The notes below the pieces were generated by a model, which saw only the letters and a list, made by a program, of their open reading frames with translations, was not told the origin of the DNA and made no database searches. Positions 47,878 through 60,583 of a DNA stretch of 64,000 bases are shown here, piece by piece. The position numbers and the translations under genes were made by a program. How positions within the stretch are numbered: the stretch's first letter is position 1; each line of letters starts with the position of its first letter. The stretch comes from Verrucomicrobiota bacterium (GTDB lineage: Bacteria > Verrucomicrobiota > Verrucomicrobiia > Limisphaerales > CANJSG01), in contig JBBQXJ010000005.1 of the NCBI GenBank assembly GCA_038209745.1, forward strand, positions 27,153-91,152, written 5' to 3'.

Positions 47878-49812
47878 TCAGTAGATCAGTTGAAACTCGG
47901 GCTCCATCACCACGGCCCAGAGAAAGTCCTCTATGGATTCGCGCGAGGGGCTTTCGCCCAGCAGCTCGAGAGCGAGCTGGCGCTCTTTCCGGGTTGGTTC
48001 GCGGCTGAAAGCCTGTTGATAGATTTGATCGGTCAATCCTCTCGCCCCGATGGACTTGGCCTCCTCGATCAATTGCGCAGCTCCTTCGTTCAGGGTTGTG
48101 GCCAAGGTTTTACCGTTGGTCACTTCCAGTGCTTGGAGGGTGGTCGGCGTCGACTGCCGGACGGTCACCAACTGTTCGCGGGTCGGCCGATCCAAGGCGA
48201 TCATCAATGGGTCGGACGCGACCATCGCGGCGCGTGTATGGCCTTTGAGCGTTTCCAACTGGTTGGTGCTGAGGCCAAAAGACGAAGCGGGCTTCTCCTG
48301 CCAGACCCCGGTCAATTGGGAGACTGAATCCACGAATTGTTCCGCGCTCATGCGGCGAACGAGGGGGCCGCGGAACATAGACGATTTTCCTTCAGGGATT
48401 GATTCGTCCGTCGCTTCCGATTGGTAGGCCCGTGAGGTGAGCATGACGGACATGGTATGCCGGAGATCGTAACCGTGGGACACCAGGTCTTCCGCCAACC
48501 AATCCAAGAGAGCCGGGTTCCACGAGGGTCCGTCCATGACATCGATCGGTTCGACGAGCCCTTTTCCGAAGAATTTCTGCCATAGTCGGTTGACTATTGT
48601 CCGAGGCAAACGCCCGTTTTTAGTTCCAGTGATGATCGCTGCCAGCTGTTCGGTGCGATCCGCTTTGTTGGTGGAATCGGTGATGGTTCCTAGCTCCGGG
48701 TAAAGAAAGTTGAGCTTGGCCATTCGGCCGATCGGCTTGTCACATTCGACCAATTCAAGAGCGTCGTCCGAGTAGACCGCAGCCAATCCATAGGCGTCCG
48801 CCAGCTTCCAGTCATCGATAAAGCTGTCGTGGCATGAGGCGCATTTAAGGTTTACGCCCATAAAGACTTGGGAAATGTTTTGGGCGGCTTGGATGGGGGG
48901 GCGTTGGCTGGCATTGACTGCGCCGCGCCAAACGATTCCTTTGGAGAATCCCTCCGACCCGTTGGTTGGATGCACCAGTTCGGCCACGAACTGGCTGTAG
49001 GGCTTGTTGGTCAGAAGCGATTGGTAGAGCCACGAGGAAATCTGCTTCCGCCCGTCGTCGATGTAGCCAGCTCCACGGTAATCGTTGCGGAGTAGATCGT
49101 TCCAGAAGGTGAGCCAGTGCTGGGCATAAAGGGAATCGGCGGCTAAAAGGCCGGCGATCAAGTCTTCTCGCTTGTTGCGATTCCGATCGCCTTCGAAAGC
49201 TTCCAAGTCGGTTGGCGTTGGCAGAAGTCCGGAAAGGTCCAGATAGACCCTGCGGATGAAAGTTCCGTCGTCAATTTTCTGACCGAGGCGAACTCGATTG
49301 GTTCGATAGTAATTCGCCAGGAGTCCATCGATGGGATTCTGATCCGGTCTGAGTTGAGTTGGAAGACTCGGGGTAGGATGGAGATTTTGCGGCTCCTTCT
49401 TGGCGAAGTTTACTTCGGCAGGCCAGACGACGCCTTGATCGATCCACGCCCGCAAAATTGCCACCTGATTGGTTGAAAGCCGGGAACCCTTTTTCGGCAT
49501 GACTTCTTCTGGGTCCAGCCCGGCCACCAGATGGATGAACAGACTGTCGGCGCTTTTCCCGGGGTGGACGCTCTTGCCATTGTCGGATTCCGAGAGCAGA
49601 AGGTCGCGGGTGTCGATGCGGAACCCGCCTTTGTCATGGCTGCGCCCATGACACTGGGCGCACTTCTTTTCCAGAATCGGTTGGACGTCCTGAAGAAAGT
49701 CGATCTTCTTTTCGGCGGGAGGCGGGAGGTCGATTGCTTCCTTGGCTCGGACCGGTGAAGGGCCCAAGATCAGGATTCCGAAAAGGATTGAGAGACAACG
49801 CCGGGCTTTCAT
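47878..49812 (-). CDS. Planctomycete cytochrome c / DUF1549 / DUF1553 protein
   Basis: CAQCH..MP, IRRVYLDL.GLLPT, CASCHD, VNRLW..FFGKGLV, RRMSAEQ. Confidence 0.88.
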   Translation of the reverse strand: MKARRCLSILFGILILGPSPVRAKEAIDLPPPAEKKIDFLQDVQPILEKKCAQCHGRSHDKGGFRIDTRDLLLSESDNGKSVHPGKSADSLFIHLVAGLDPEEVMPKKGSRLSTNQVAILRAWIDQGVVWPAEVNFAKKEPQNLHPTPSLPTQLRPDQNPIDGLLANYYRTNRVRLGQKIDDGTFIRRVYLDLSGLLPTPTDLEAFEGDRNRNKREDLIAGLLAADSLYAQHWLTFWNDLLRNDYRGAGYIDDGRKQISSWLYQSLLTNKPYSQFVAELVHPTNGSEGFSKGIVWRGAVNASQRPPIQAAQNISQVFMGVNLKCASCHDSFIDDWKLADAYGLAAVYSDDALELVECDKPIGRMAKLNFLYPELGTITDSTNKADRTEQLAAIITGTKNGRLPRTIVNRLWQKFFGKGLVEPIDVMDGPSWNPALLDWLAEDLVSHGYDLRHTMSVMLTSRAYQSEATDESIPEGKSSMFRGPLVRRMSAEQFVDSVSQLTGVWQEKPASSFGLSTNQLETLKGHTRAAMVASDPLMIALDRPTREQLVTVRQSTPTTLQALEVTNGKTLATTLNEGAAQLIEEAKSIGARGLTDQIYQQAFSREPTRKERQLALELLGESPSRESIEDFLWAVVMEPEFQLIY

Positions 49813-49935
49813 GTGAACTAGAGTTAGAGTAATGCCTCACGACGGCATTCAAATGCATTTTCCCCACGATTTCGGCATGAGCGCCTTGACCGATGGGACC
49901 CGAGTCTACGGTCAGGTTAGTTGAAATTTCCGAGT

Positions 49936-52014
49936 ATGGCATTCGTTCATCCCAAGAGATACGACGTGATCGTCGTTGGTGCCGGCCATGCCGGGGTAGA
50001 AGCGGCCTTGGCCGCGGCTCGAATGGGGTGCCAGACCCTTTTGCTGACGACCAACGTAGATACCATCGGCCAGATGTCGTGCAATCCGGCTATCGGCGGT
50101 CTTGCCAAGGGACATCTGGTGCGGGAGATAGACGCTTTGGGTGGCGAAATGGGGAAATGCACCGATATGACCGGGCTGCAGTTCCGGATGCTGAATACCA
50201 AGAAGGGGCCTTCCGTTTGGGCGCCGCGGGCCCAATGCGACAAAAAAGCCTACCAGTTCCGGATGAAGTGGATTTGCGAACGGACAGAGAATCTTGATAT
50301 CCGCCAATCCCAGACCACTCGGCTGATTCTGAGAGATGGGGCGGTCTGCGGGGTCGGAACCTCGTTGGACGTCGACTTCCTTGGCACGTGCGTCGTCGTA
50401 ACCACGGGAACTTTTTTGCGGGGACTGATGCATATCGGCTCCAACCAACAAAAAGGCGGGCGAGCGGGAGAAGCGGCCACCATGAATTTGAGTGATTCAT
50501 TGAAGGAGGCCGGTTTGGAGTTGGGTCGTCTAAAGACCGGCACCCCACCCAGATTGCTCAAGAAGAGCATCGATTTTTCAAAAACGGGCGTGCAGCCCGG
50601 AGATGAGCCAGTTCCGTTTTTCAGCTATTGGAAGGATGATTTGTTCCACGTGGAACAGGGAGGGTCGAAGAATCCTCCAAGTGCGTATTCAGAATTTGGA
50701 TTACAGGTCCCCGGGATCCGCCTCCAAGACTTCGACCAGTATTTTCCTGCGCCGAAATTTCCGGGAATGTTCCACGTGGAACCCGGGGTTCGTCCGGCGG
50801 TTCCACCCGGGAGCGTATTGGCGCAGATTGGTGGTCAACTCCCGTGTTACATCACCTTTACGACCGAGCGGACTGCGGAATTGGTTCGCGCCAACCTGCA
50901 CAAGTCGCCCATGTATTCCGGGGTTATCGAGGGTGTGGGCCCGCGCTATTGCCCTTCCATCGAAGACAAGATCGTCAAGTTTGCAGACAAGGAGCGACAT
51001 CAGGTTTTCTTGGAACCGGAGGGGATTGCGACGGACGAGATCTACGTGAACGGCTTTTCGACCTGTCTTCCCTATGAGGTTCAGATCGATTTGGTCCGAA
51101 CGATCATCGGCTGCGAAAGGGCTGAGATCCTGCGTCCCGCCTATGCCGTGGAATACGACTTCTCATATCCGACCCAGCTCTTCCCCAGCTTGGAAACCAA
51201 GGTGTGCGGAAACCTGTTTCTCGCGGGGCAGATCAACGGCACTTCCGGATATGAGGAAGCGGCTGCCCAAGGGTTGATCGCTGGCATCAACGCGGTTCGC
51301 CGGGTGCAGGGACGAGAACCCGTCATCCTGCGACGCGACCAGGCTTACATCGGCGTTCTGATTGACGACCTGGTCACCAAGGGAACCAGCGAACCATATC
51401 GTATGTTCACCAGCCGGGCGGAATACCGGCTTCTTCTTCGCCAAGACAATGCCGATCTTCGCCTCAGCCAATTGGGATTCGACATCGGTTTGTTGCCGGA
51501 GCGAAACCACCGCGCTTTTGTCGTCAAGCGAGACGCTATCGCGAAAGAGCGGAGCCGATTGGATCGCACCCGGAGCGGGCAGACGACCTTGGCGCAATTG
51601 CTCCGGAGGCCGGAAGTGTCCTACCGGGATCTTCCGGATCGCCACTCCGATGTGACGGATGAAGTGGCTCTTCAGGTGGAAATCGCCCTGAAATACGAGG
51701 GTTACATCATGCGAGAAGAAGCTGAAGCCGTCCGCTTTCGGCAGATGGAAGACAAACTGATCCCGGACTGGATCGACTACAAAACCGTCCCGAGCCTGCG
51801 CAACGAGGCCCGCCAAAAGCTGGGCGAGATTCGTCCGCGCACTCTCGGGCAGGCAAATCGAATCTCGGGCATCACTCCAAGCGATCTTTCAATCCTGATG
51901 GTTTCGATGAAACGAGGTCCACAAGTCGACCGTGAGGAGGATGTTTCCGTCTGTGCTGCAGAAGAAAACTTGGACGGTTTGGCCGGCCACTCAGGCTGCT
52001 GTGGGGATCTTTGA
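49936..52014 (+). CDS. mnmG: tRNA U34 carboxymethylaminomethyl modification enzyme MnmG (GidA)
   Basis: GAGHAG, MSCNPAIGG, RLKTGTPPR, GPRYCPSIEDK, GQINGTSGYEEAAAQG, EPYRMFTSRAEYRL. Confidence 0.98.
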   Translation: MAFVHPKRYDVIVVGAGHAGVEAALAAARMGCQTLLLTTNVDTIGQMSCNPAIGGLAKGHLVREIDALGGEMGKCTDMTGLQFRMLNTKKGPSVWAPRAQCDKKAYQFRMKWICERTENLDIRQSQTTRLILRDGAVCGVGTSLDVDFLGTCVVVTTGTFLRGLMHIGSNQQKGGRAGEAATMNLSDSLKEAGLELGRLKTGTPPRLLKKSIDFSKTGVQPGDEPVPFFSYWKDDLFHVEQGGSKNPPSAYSEFGLQVPGIRLQDFDQYFPAPKFPGMFHVEPGVRPAVPPGSVLAQIGGQLPCYITFTTERTAELVRANLHKSPMYSGVIEGVGPRYCPSIEDKIVKFADKERHQVFLEPEGIATDEIYVNGFSTCLPYEVQIDLVRTIIGCERAEILRPAYAVEYDFSYPTQLFPSLETKVCGNLFLAGQINGTSGYEEAAAQGLIAGINAVRRVQGREPVILRRDQAYIGVLIDDLVTKGTSEPYRMFTSRAEYRLLLRQDNADLRLSQLGFDIGLLPERNHRAFVVKRDAIAKERSRLDRTRSGQTTLAQLLRRPEVSYRDLPDRHSDVTDEVALQVEIALKYEGYIMREEAEAVRFRQMEDKLIPDWIDYKTVPSLRNEARQKLGEIRPRTLGQANRISGITPSDLSILMVSMKRGPQVDREEDVSVCAAEENLDGLAGHSGCCGDL
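50642..50657. promoter_or_regulatory. parS site (perfect palindrome) inside mnmG
   Basis: TGTTCCACGTGGAACA. Confidence 0.88.
50768..50783. promoter_or_regulatory. parS site (15/16 match) inside mnmG
   Basis: TGTTCCACGTGGAACC. Confidence 0.82.
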
Positions 52015-52023
52015 CTCCCGTGA

Positions 52024-53229
52024 TCAGCGCTCCAGCGCTCCAATAGCCGCAGCTTGACCCCAAGCGGGATAGCGCGACATCAAGCCAAGCTCCGTGAAGT
52101 AGGCATCGTCAAAATTGGGCGCCGCGACCTCTTTGATGGGCGTTTGGCGTTGGTGACAGAGCACATTCGCAGCATGGACTGCGGATAAGGCCGAGAAGCC
52201 TTGTGAAACCAATTGCGACGGATGGTGGTGCAGGGCGACCCCTTCGACGATGGGCACCGGAAGGCCCCAGATAGCCAGCAAACAGCCGCCAACTTCAGCA
52301 TGGGTTGCTCCGATTACTTCTCGTTCGGCTTCCCACAATTCGACCTTCCCTTTTCGGGCCAGATCCACCGTCCGCATGAACTCCTCGGGCAGATTTGCTA
52401 CCAAGGCCAACTTGCCGACATCGTGTAGCATCCCGGCGGTGAAGGCCTGGGAACAAATCTCATCACTGGCGGCTTCTGCTTGGGCGATTGCTTGGGCAGT
52501 TTTGGCAACCCGAATGGAGTGCTCCCACAAAGCACTGACAGAGATGGACTCGGGCTTTATTTTGTCGAAATAGGAGAACGTATGGGCCAATAGAATTACC
52601 GACTTGGTCGTATCCATCCCAAGATAGAGAACTGCCTCGATCGGGCGGGATACTTGGAGTTGAAGCCCGAACACCGCCGAGTTGACCAACTGAAGCAGTT
52701 TAGCGGTCATCGCCGGATCCTTCTCGATCAGGAGACCAATGTTTTCCAGATTTGCATCGGGAGATTGCAGAGCCTCAACTACTTTGAAATAGACATCGGG
52801 TGGGCTCGGCAGACGACGGAGTTGGGAGATGACCTGGTGGGCTTCATCGCTGGGAAGCCAGGAATTGAGCTGAAACGCCTGCGCAAGAACGTTGACAATG
52901 GTCTCTGCATCACAAGGTTTAACGATATATTGATGGGCAGTGCCGACGCACTTCATCACAGACTGGTGATCTGCGAGATCGGCGCGGATGAATCGGAGGG
53001 TGGACGGGTGGCGGTGGAGGATTTCTCCAAGCAACTGGGCCCCAGTCATCCCCTTCATTTGCAGGTCCGCTACAACCGCCCGGAAAGGTAGTTGCTCCAT
53101 TTGCAATAGTGCTTCTGGGCCCGAGCGGGCAAAGGACATGTTGATCCCTGTGCGGGCCGTGGCAAAAAGCCGGTTCAGCTCGTCCCATACCGACGTATCT
53201 TCCCCGACAAACAACACTCGATCATTCAT
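52024..53229 (-). CDS. Response regulator, REC + HDOD
   Basis: VVADLQM..MTG, KP, DPAMTAKLLQLVNSA, LHDVGKL, HAEVG..L..WGLP, HH. Confidence 0.9.
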   Translation of the reverse strand: MNDRVLFVGEDTSVWDELNRLFATARTGINMSFARSGPEALLQMEQLPFRAVVADLQMKGMTGAQLLGEILHRHPSTLRFIRADLADHQSVMKCVGTAHQYIVKPCDAETIVNVLAQAFQLNSWLPSDEAHQVISQLRRLPSPPDVYFKVVEALQSPDANLENIGLLIEKDPAMTAKLLQLVNSAVFGLQLQVSRPIEAVLYLGMDTTKSVILLAHTFSYFDKIKPESISVSALWEHSIRVAKTAQAIAQAEAASDEICSQAFTAGMLHDVGKLALVANLPEEFMRTVDLARKGKVELWEAEREVIGATHAEVGGCLLAIWGLPVPIVEGVALHHHPSQLVSQGFSALSAVHAANVLCHQRQTPIKEVAAPNFDDAYFTELGLMSRYPAWGQAAAIGALER

Positions 53230-53244
53230 GGTTTGGTCTGGCGT

Positions 53245-54654
53245 TTAGGCCCACGCATCACTTTGGGGGCGTTCGGAGGTATCCGGATTCCATCCCAGAA
53301 GTTTCAGCGATCCTGCGCAGGCATCCCGCACCCATATATCGGCATCAAGCAACGAGCGGCTTAGTGCTTGAATGGATCGTTGGTCACCAATCCGTCCCAA
53401 AGCTTCGGCGGCCGCGAGTCGAAGATCACGATCAACATCGCACAAACCTACAACAAGTGCCTCCAGCGCAGCTTGTTGCCTGTGAAGTAGCGGGTTGCTG
53501 ATGCCTCCCAGCCGCGGCTCGAAGACCGGCATCGCACTCACTTTTTGGAGGACGTCTGCGGCGGATTGACGGACCCAATACTCCCGGTCCTTGAGCGCGA
53601 TCTTCAGCTGGGGAATCGCCCGCCGTGCAGCCGGAGACTTGTCCCAATAGCGGTCAATGCGTTGGAGAGCTGCGGCCGCCGCTTGGCGAGCTGCTGTTTG
53701 GGAATCGCAAAGAGCCACGACGAGCCGTTCGATCGCCTTAGGATCCCGAAGTTCGCCTAGCGACACGGCGGCCGCTTCGCGCACGTCGTGGTCGGAATCC
53801 TTGAGCAGGAGAGTGAGCGGCTCCACGGCTCGCGGATCATGAAGGCGGCCAAGGGCTTCCACGGCCGCCTTGCGAACGTCCCACTTCGTGTCCGCCAAGC
53901 TTTTGACCAGAGAGGGCACGGCGTTGACGTCACCACTTTTGCCCAAGGCCGTAACGGCAACACAGCGAACGTGCGCGTCCTCGTCATGGAGCGCGGAAAC
54001 CAGGGCTTCCGTGGCTTGGATTTCCCGAATATCTCCCAGTGCCTCGACCGAAAGGACCCGAACGGCCGGATCTGAGTCCTTTAGCGCGATGATGAACGCC
54101 TTCAACACCCGAGCATCCGAGATCAGCATCAAGGCTTGGATGATCTTTCGGCGGTCCTGTCGTGTTTGGTCCTTCAATGCCTCGGTCAGTGGCTCCAAGG
54201 CGGCTGCGCCAATCCTTGCTGCGCCTTGAAAATCTCCGAGAGCGACCAGAAGGGTAAGACGGTCCGCCTCCTTTTCCGGAATCCAGCCACAGGATTGGAG
54301 GGTTCGCGCGACCATCCACCGCACTTCCTGTCTGGAATGGCGCAACAACGGGGGCAAGAGGACGGTGGATGCAGGATGTCGCCATCCTATCAGCACGGCG
54401 CCGGCGGCCTCTCGGGCGTATTGGCTATCACCCTTGAGCAGTTCAATGACCGGTTCCGGCGAAGGAGGTTCGGACATGGAAGTGAGCGTTTCGATGGCCG
54501 CCTTGCGCACGTCAGCCGCAGAATCGCCAAGCATCAGGACCAGCAACGGCACGGAATCCCGAGCCGGCCACCCAGCCATTTTGTTGATGGCGGCGATCCG
54601 GACTTGGGGAGACTTGGATCTCAGCTGTTTAGCCGTCCACCAAAGCAAGCGCAC
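53245..54654 (-). CDS. HEAT (PBS-lyase-like) repeat protein
   Basis: Many L.D.D..VR..A..ALG repeats. Confidence 0.88.
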   Translation of the reverse strand: MRLLWWTAKQLRSKSPQVRIAAINKMAGWPARDSVPLLVLMLGDSAADVRKAAIETLTSMSEPPSPEPVIELLKGDSQYAREAAGAVLIGWRHPASTVLLPPLLRHSRQEVRWMVARTLQSCGWIPEKEADRLTLLVALGDFQGAARIGAAALEPLTEALKDQTRQDRRKIIQALMLISDARVLKAFIIALKDSDPAVRVLSVEALGDIREIQATEALVSALHDEDAHVRCVAVTALGKSGDVNAVPSLVKSLADTKWDVRKAAVEALGRLHDPRAVEPLTLLLKDSDHDVREAAAVSLGELRDPKAIERLVVALCDSQTAARQAAAAALQRIDRYWDKSPAARRAIPQLKIALKDREYWVRQSAADVLQKVSAMPVFEPRLGGISNPLLHRQQAALEALVVGLCDVDRDLRLAAAEALGRIGDQRSIQALSRSLLDADIWVRDACAGSLKLLGWNPDTSERPQSDAWA

Positions 54655-54827
54655 CCTCGTTCTTCGGCTGCTTCGTGCCCCGACTTGACCTACTTGGAAA
54701 AGGTCCCTTTCACCGTAGAGCGATATTCCATGATGATTACGGCAGAAAGATCATCTCTATTGCGCAATTTCTCATGGTTGTGCCGTGTCAGAAGGTGCTA
54801 ATTTTCAAGGCGTCTCCCTTTCTCTTA

Positions 54828-57800
54828 ATGAAATCTCTCGTCGCAACTTTGTGGCGCGTGGCAGCGATTGTCGCCCTTACCTGGGTGCCGGTCAGTCACG
54901 CGGAACTCATCCATCGGTATTCATTTACCGCCAACGCGAACGACTCCGTCGGAACGGCCAATGGCGTCGCTCGCCAGACCGTGACCGGGGGCGTTCCCAA
55001 TGGAAGCCCCGTCCTGTTTAACGGAACCTCCGCCTACTTGGATGGTATCGGCTCCTACATCGACCTTCCAAACGGCCTGGTCTCCGGGCTGACCAACCTC
55101 ACGATCGAAACTTGGATCGACTGGGATCTAGCCGGCGGGAACTGGCAACGCGTCTTCGACTTCGGCATCTCCGACAATGGAGAAGACACCGACGGAACGA
55201 AGGTGCTTGGGAACGGGCAGTCCTACATCTTCTTCGCCCCGGCCGCGGGCGGCGTCAATGGGAGCCCTCGCTTCACGATCAAACCCGCCACCGGCGCCGA
55301 GACCCCCGTCTTGAACTCGCCCTTGACCCTCGGTCTCCATAACCATGTCGTCATCGTCTACACGACAAATGTGGCCCGGGTGTTCATCGACGGACAGCAG
55401 GTCAACATCGGCTTGGCGACTGTTCCCCTCTCGGCCATCGACGATCGCAACGTCTTCCTCGGCCGGTCGCAATATGGCGGTGACTCTCTGTTCCAAGGCG
55501 CGATCAACGAGTTCCGTATTTTCGACCACGCGCTGACCGCCCAGGAAATCAAAGCCAGCTATACCGCGGGCAACCCCGATACGCTGAACTACGCTCCCGG
55601 CGCGCTGACCTCCCTGACCTTGTCCGCCACCACCTCGATGCTGGCAGGCGGAGCGCAAACTCCGACGATCAGCGGACAATTTGCCAATCTGGGTGCCGTT
55701 GATCTCTTCGGTCCAGACGTTCAACTGACCTCCTCCGCGCCTGCGGTGGTCGCGGTCTCGGCGACTGGAAGCCTGAAAGCAATCGGAGCCGGCAGCGCCA
55801 CCATCACCGCCACTTTGAGCGGCATGACCTCGTCGGTTACGATCAGTGTCGCGGCGAATCCGCCCCAGTTGAAGAACCGCTACAGCTTCAGCGAGGCCCA
55901 GGGAGCCACCACCCTCATCGACAGTGTCGGTGCCCAAAACGGCACCCTCCATCTGGGAACAAATACCCCGGTCCAAAGTGGCTCGGCCCTCACCGTTCCG
56001 CCGGTCAATACCATCGCCGCCGCCAGCTACATTGACCTGCCCGCCGGCGTCATTTCCCAGCGAACCAATGCATCGATCGAAGTTTGGTTCACCTGGAACG
56101 ACGGTCCGACCTCCGGTCTCTGGACCCGCCTTTTTGATATCGGCAACAGTGGCAAGGGAACCGATGCAAATGGCAGCGGCGGCGGCTTGGACTCATGGTG
56201 GTTCAGCCCGCAGCGCGACGGCAACGTCTATGGCATGAGCGTCTGGAACGGCACCACTGCCGTCGATCTCTTCGGCCCGAACATCATGCCGACCGGTCAG
56301 AAGCAGCATCTGGTCGCGATCTACGCCCCGAACAACCTGACCTCAAAGATCTATCTCAACGGCAAGCTCATCACCAGCGGCACTGCCCCGTTCGCTCTCA
56401 GCACCCTCAACGATGCCAACGTCTGGTTGGGCGTCTCCAACTGGGATGATCCGCCGTTCAACGGAGTGTTCGACGAGTTCCGTATCTGGGAAGGCGAACT
56501 CAGCGACTTGGATGTCGCTCTGAGTGAAAAGGCCGGCCCCGACGCGCTTCCTGTCGCTCCGGGCACTCTCCAGTCGGTTGCTCTCAACGCCCTCCCCGCT
56601 TCGTTCATCGGCAACCTGGGCGGCGCCCAGGCCGAGTTCATCGGCAACTTCCAGAATGTATCCGGCGTCGTCATCTCCGGCCTCTCCGGTGTGGCCTACG
56701 CCTCCACGGACACGAACGTGTTCGCCGTCACCACCACGGGAGCGGTCAATCCCCGCAACATCGGCGCGGCGAAACTCATCGCCTCCTATCAAGGCCTCTC
56801 GGCCACCACCTCGGTCCAGGTTCTCGCTCCTCTCGCCATCCACCAGACGGGTATCTCGACGAACCTGCACTCCGGCAGCGTGACCTTCACCTCCGCCCTG
56901 CTGGCCGACTACACCGGCACGAACAACGTGGCCGCCTCGGCCTTCGCGGGAGTGAGCCGGTCCTCTTCCGACACCAATATCGTCACGATCTCCGCCGTCG
57001 GCCTCGTCACGCCTCGTCTGCCAGGATCCGCCGTTCTGACTGCGGTCTACAGCTGGGTCGACGGTTCCGTGACCAATTCGAAGACTGAAAATGTGACTGT
57101 GACCGTGGTCAACCCGCCCGGGTTCACCAAGGGCACCCTCATCCATCGCTACAGCTTCAATGAAGCGGCCGCCAGTGCCACGTTTGCCGACTCCGTCGGC
57201 ACGGCCAACGGCGTCGTGGGCAATGCGACCGGCGCCGACTTCACTGGATCGGGTGAATTCACCCTGACCGGGACGACCTCCACCTATGGAGATCTGCCCA
57301 ACGGCATCATTTCGAGCCTCACGAGCGTCTCGATCGAAGGTTGGGTGACTTGGAACGGCGCTGCCGGCTCTTCTTGGCAGCGGATCTTCGACTTCGGTCG
57401 TTCGACTTCGGTCGATGCCAATGGCACGCCCGTCGAGGACATGCCCGGCACAGGCTACGGCTACATGTTCTTAACGCCGCGTTCCGGCGACAACACCACC
57501 CGGTTCGCCATAAAGCAGGGCACGGGCGCGGAGATTCCGCAGTTGAACACCGCCCCGATGTCGGTCGGGGTGAAGACCCACTTCGCCGTGGTCTATGACA
57601 CGGAGCACAGCGTGGCCCGTCTCTACATCAACGGCGCCCGTGTCGCCACGGCGCCCGTCTCGCTGCCTCTCACAGTCATCGAAGACATCAACGTCTGGCT
57701 TGGCCGGTCCCAGTTCAACGATTCGTTCTTCAACGGTTCTTATGATGAGTTCCGTATCTACAACGGACCGTTGCTCGACGCCGACGTCGCCGCCAGCTTT

Positions 57801-58040
57801 GCCGCTGGACCCAACTCCCTCGCGGTGACCGCGCCCTCCGTGGCCATCGGCAAGGTTGGATCGAACATCGAGATCACCTGGCCTGAAAGCGCCGCCGGTT
57901 ACGTCCTCCAGTCTGCCAGCCAAGTGGGCGGCACCTACGCTCCGACCGCCGTGACTCCGACCACCAACGGCGGTGTCGTCAAGGCCACCGTCCCGGTTGC
58001 GACCGGTGCGACCAACGTCTTCTTCCAGCTGAAGAAGTAG
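54828..58040 (+). CDS. Secreted protein with three LamG-like jellyroll domains, Ig-like (Big_2) spacers and a C-terminal beta domain
   Basis: Signal peptide MKSLV..; 3x L.(H/N)RYSF..DSVG..NG..DLP.G..W.R.FD.G..G..(D/N)EFRI; S.D..V..V..G Ig-like units; ends FFQLKK. Confidence 0.85.
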   Translation: MKSLVATLWRVAAIVALTWVPVSHAELIHRYSFTANANDSVGTANGVARQTVTGGVPNGSPVLFNGTSAYLDGIGSYIDLPNGLVSGLTNLTIETWIDWDLAGGNWQRVFDFGISDNGEDTDGTKVLGNGQSYIFFAPAAGGVNGSPRFTIKPATGAETPVLNSPLTLGLHNHVVIVYTTNVARVFIDGQQVNIGLATVPLSAIDDRNVFLGRSQYGGDSLFQGAINEFRIFDHALTAQEIKASYTAGNPDTLNYAPGALTSLTLSATTSMLAGGAQTPTISGQFANLGAVDLFGPDVQLTSSAPAVVAVSATGSLKAIGAGSATITATLSGMTSSVTISVAANPPQLKNRYSFSEAQGATTLIDSVGAQNGTLHLGTNTPVQSGSALTVPPVNTIAAASYIDLPAGVISQRTNASIEVWFTWNDGPTSGLWTRLFDIGNSGKGTDANGSGGGLDSWWFSPQRDGNVYGMSVWNGTTAVDLFGPNIMPTGQKQHLVAIYAPNNLTSKIYLNGKLITSGTAPFALSTLNDANVWLGVSNWDDPPFNGVFDEFRIWEGELSDLDVALSEKAGPDALPVAPGTLQSVALNALPASFIGNLGGAQAEFIGNFQNVSGVVISGLSGVAYASTDTNVFAVTTTGAVNPRNIGAAKLIASYQGLSATTSVQVLAPLAIHQTGISTNLHSGSVTFTSALLADYTGTNNVAASAFAGVSRSSSDTNIVTISAVGLVTPRLPGSAVLTAVYSWVDGSVTNSKTENVTVTVVNPPGFTKGTLIHRYSFNEAAASATFADSVGTANGVVGNATGADFTGSGEFTLTGTTSTYGDLPNGIISSLTSVSIEGWVTWNGAAGSSWQRIFDFGRSTSVDANGTPVEDMPGTGYGYMFLTPRSGDNTTRFAIKQGTGAEIPQLNTAPMSVGVKTHFAVVYDTEHSVARLYINGARVATAPVSLPLTVIEDINVWLGRSQFNDSFFNGSYDEFRIYNGPLLDADVAASFAAGPNSLAVTAPSVAIGKVGSNIEITWPESAAGYVLQSASQVGGTYAPTAVTPTTNGGVVKATVPVATGATNVFFQLKK

Positions 58041-58061
58041 TCCGGTCCTGGATCCAATCAT

Positions 58062-58091
58062 GGCCCGCTCCCGCGAGGGAGCGGGCCTTTT
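58062..58091 (+). terminator. Rho-independent terminator
   Basis: GGCCCGCTCCC-GCGA-GGGAGCGGGCC-TTTT. Confidence 0.88.
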
Positions 58092-58159
58092 CGTTGCCCC
58101 GAATCGCACCTCTGCATTGTCTCGGAACCAGGCCCGCGCCATCTTCCGCCCGATCACCG

Positions 58160-60505
<2,346 letters not shown>

Positions 60506-60555
60506 TTCGCCCGGTCCAAGAATTCGTTCCCGGTGGCATTTTTGGCGTGCGCGAT

Positions 60556-60572
60556 TGTGACGATTCTGTGAC
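60556..60572. promoter_or_regulatory. Pho-box-like direct repeat (TGTGAC x2, 11-bp period)
   Basis: TGTGACGATTCTGTGAC, 11 bp upstream of the DUF47-pit operon. Confidence 0.55.
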
Positions 60573-60583
60573 AACCCAACCGC

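Noticed and set aside
60542..60557. Sigma-54 promoter before the DUF47 gene
   Set aside because: GG-to-GC spacing is off by one and the -12 GC is absent
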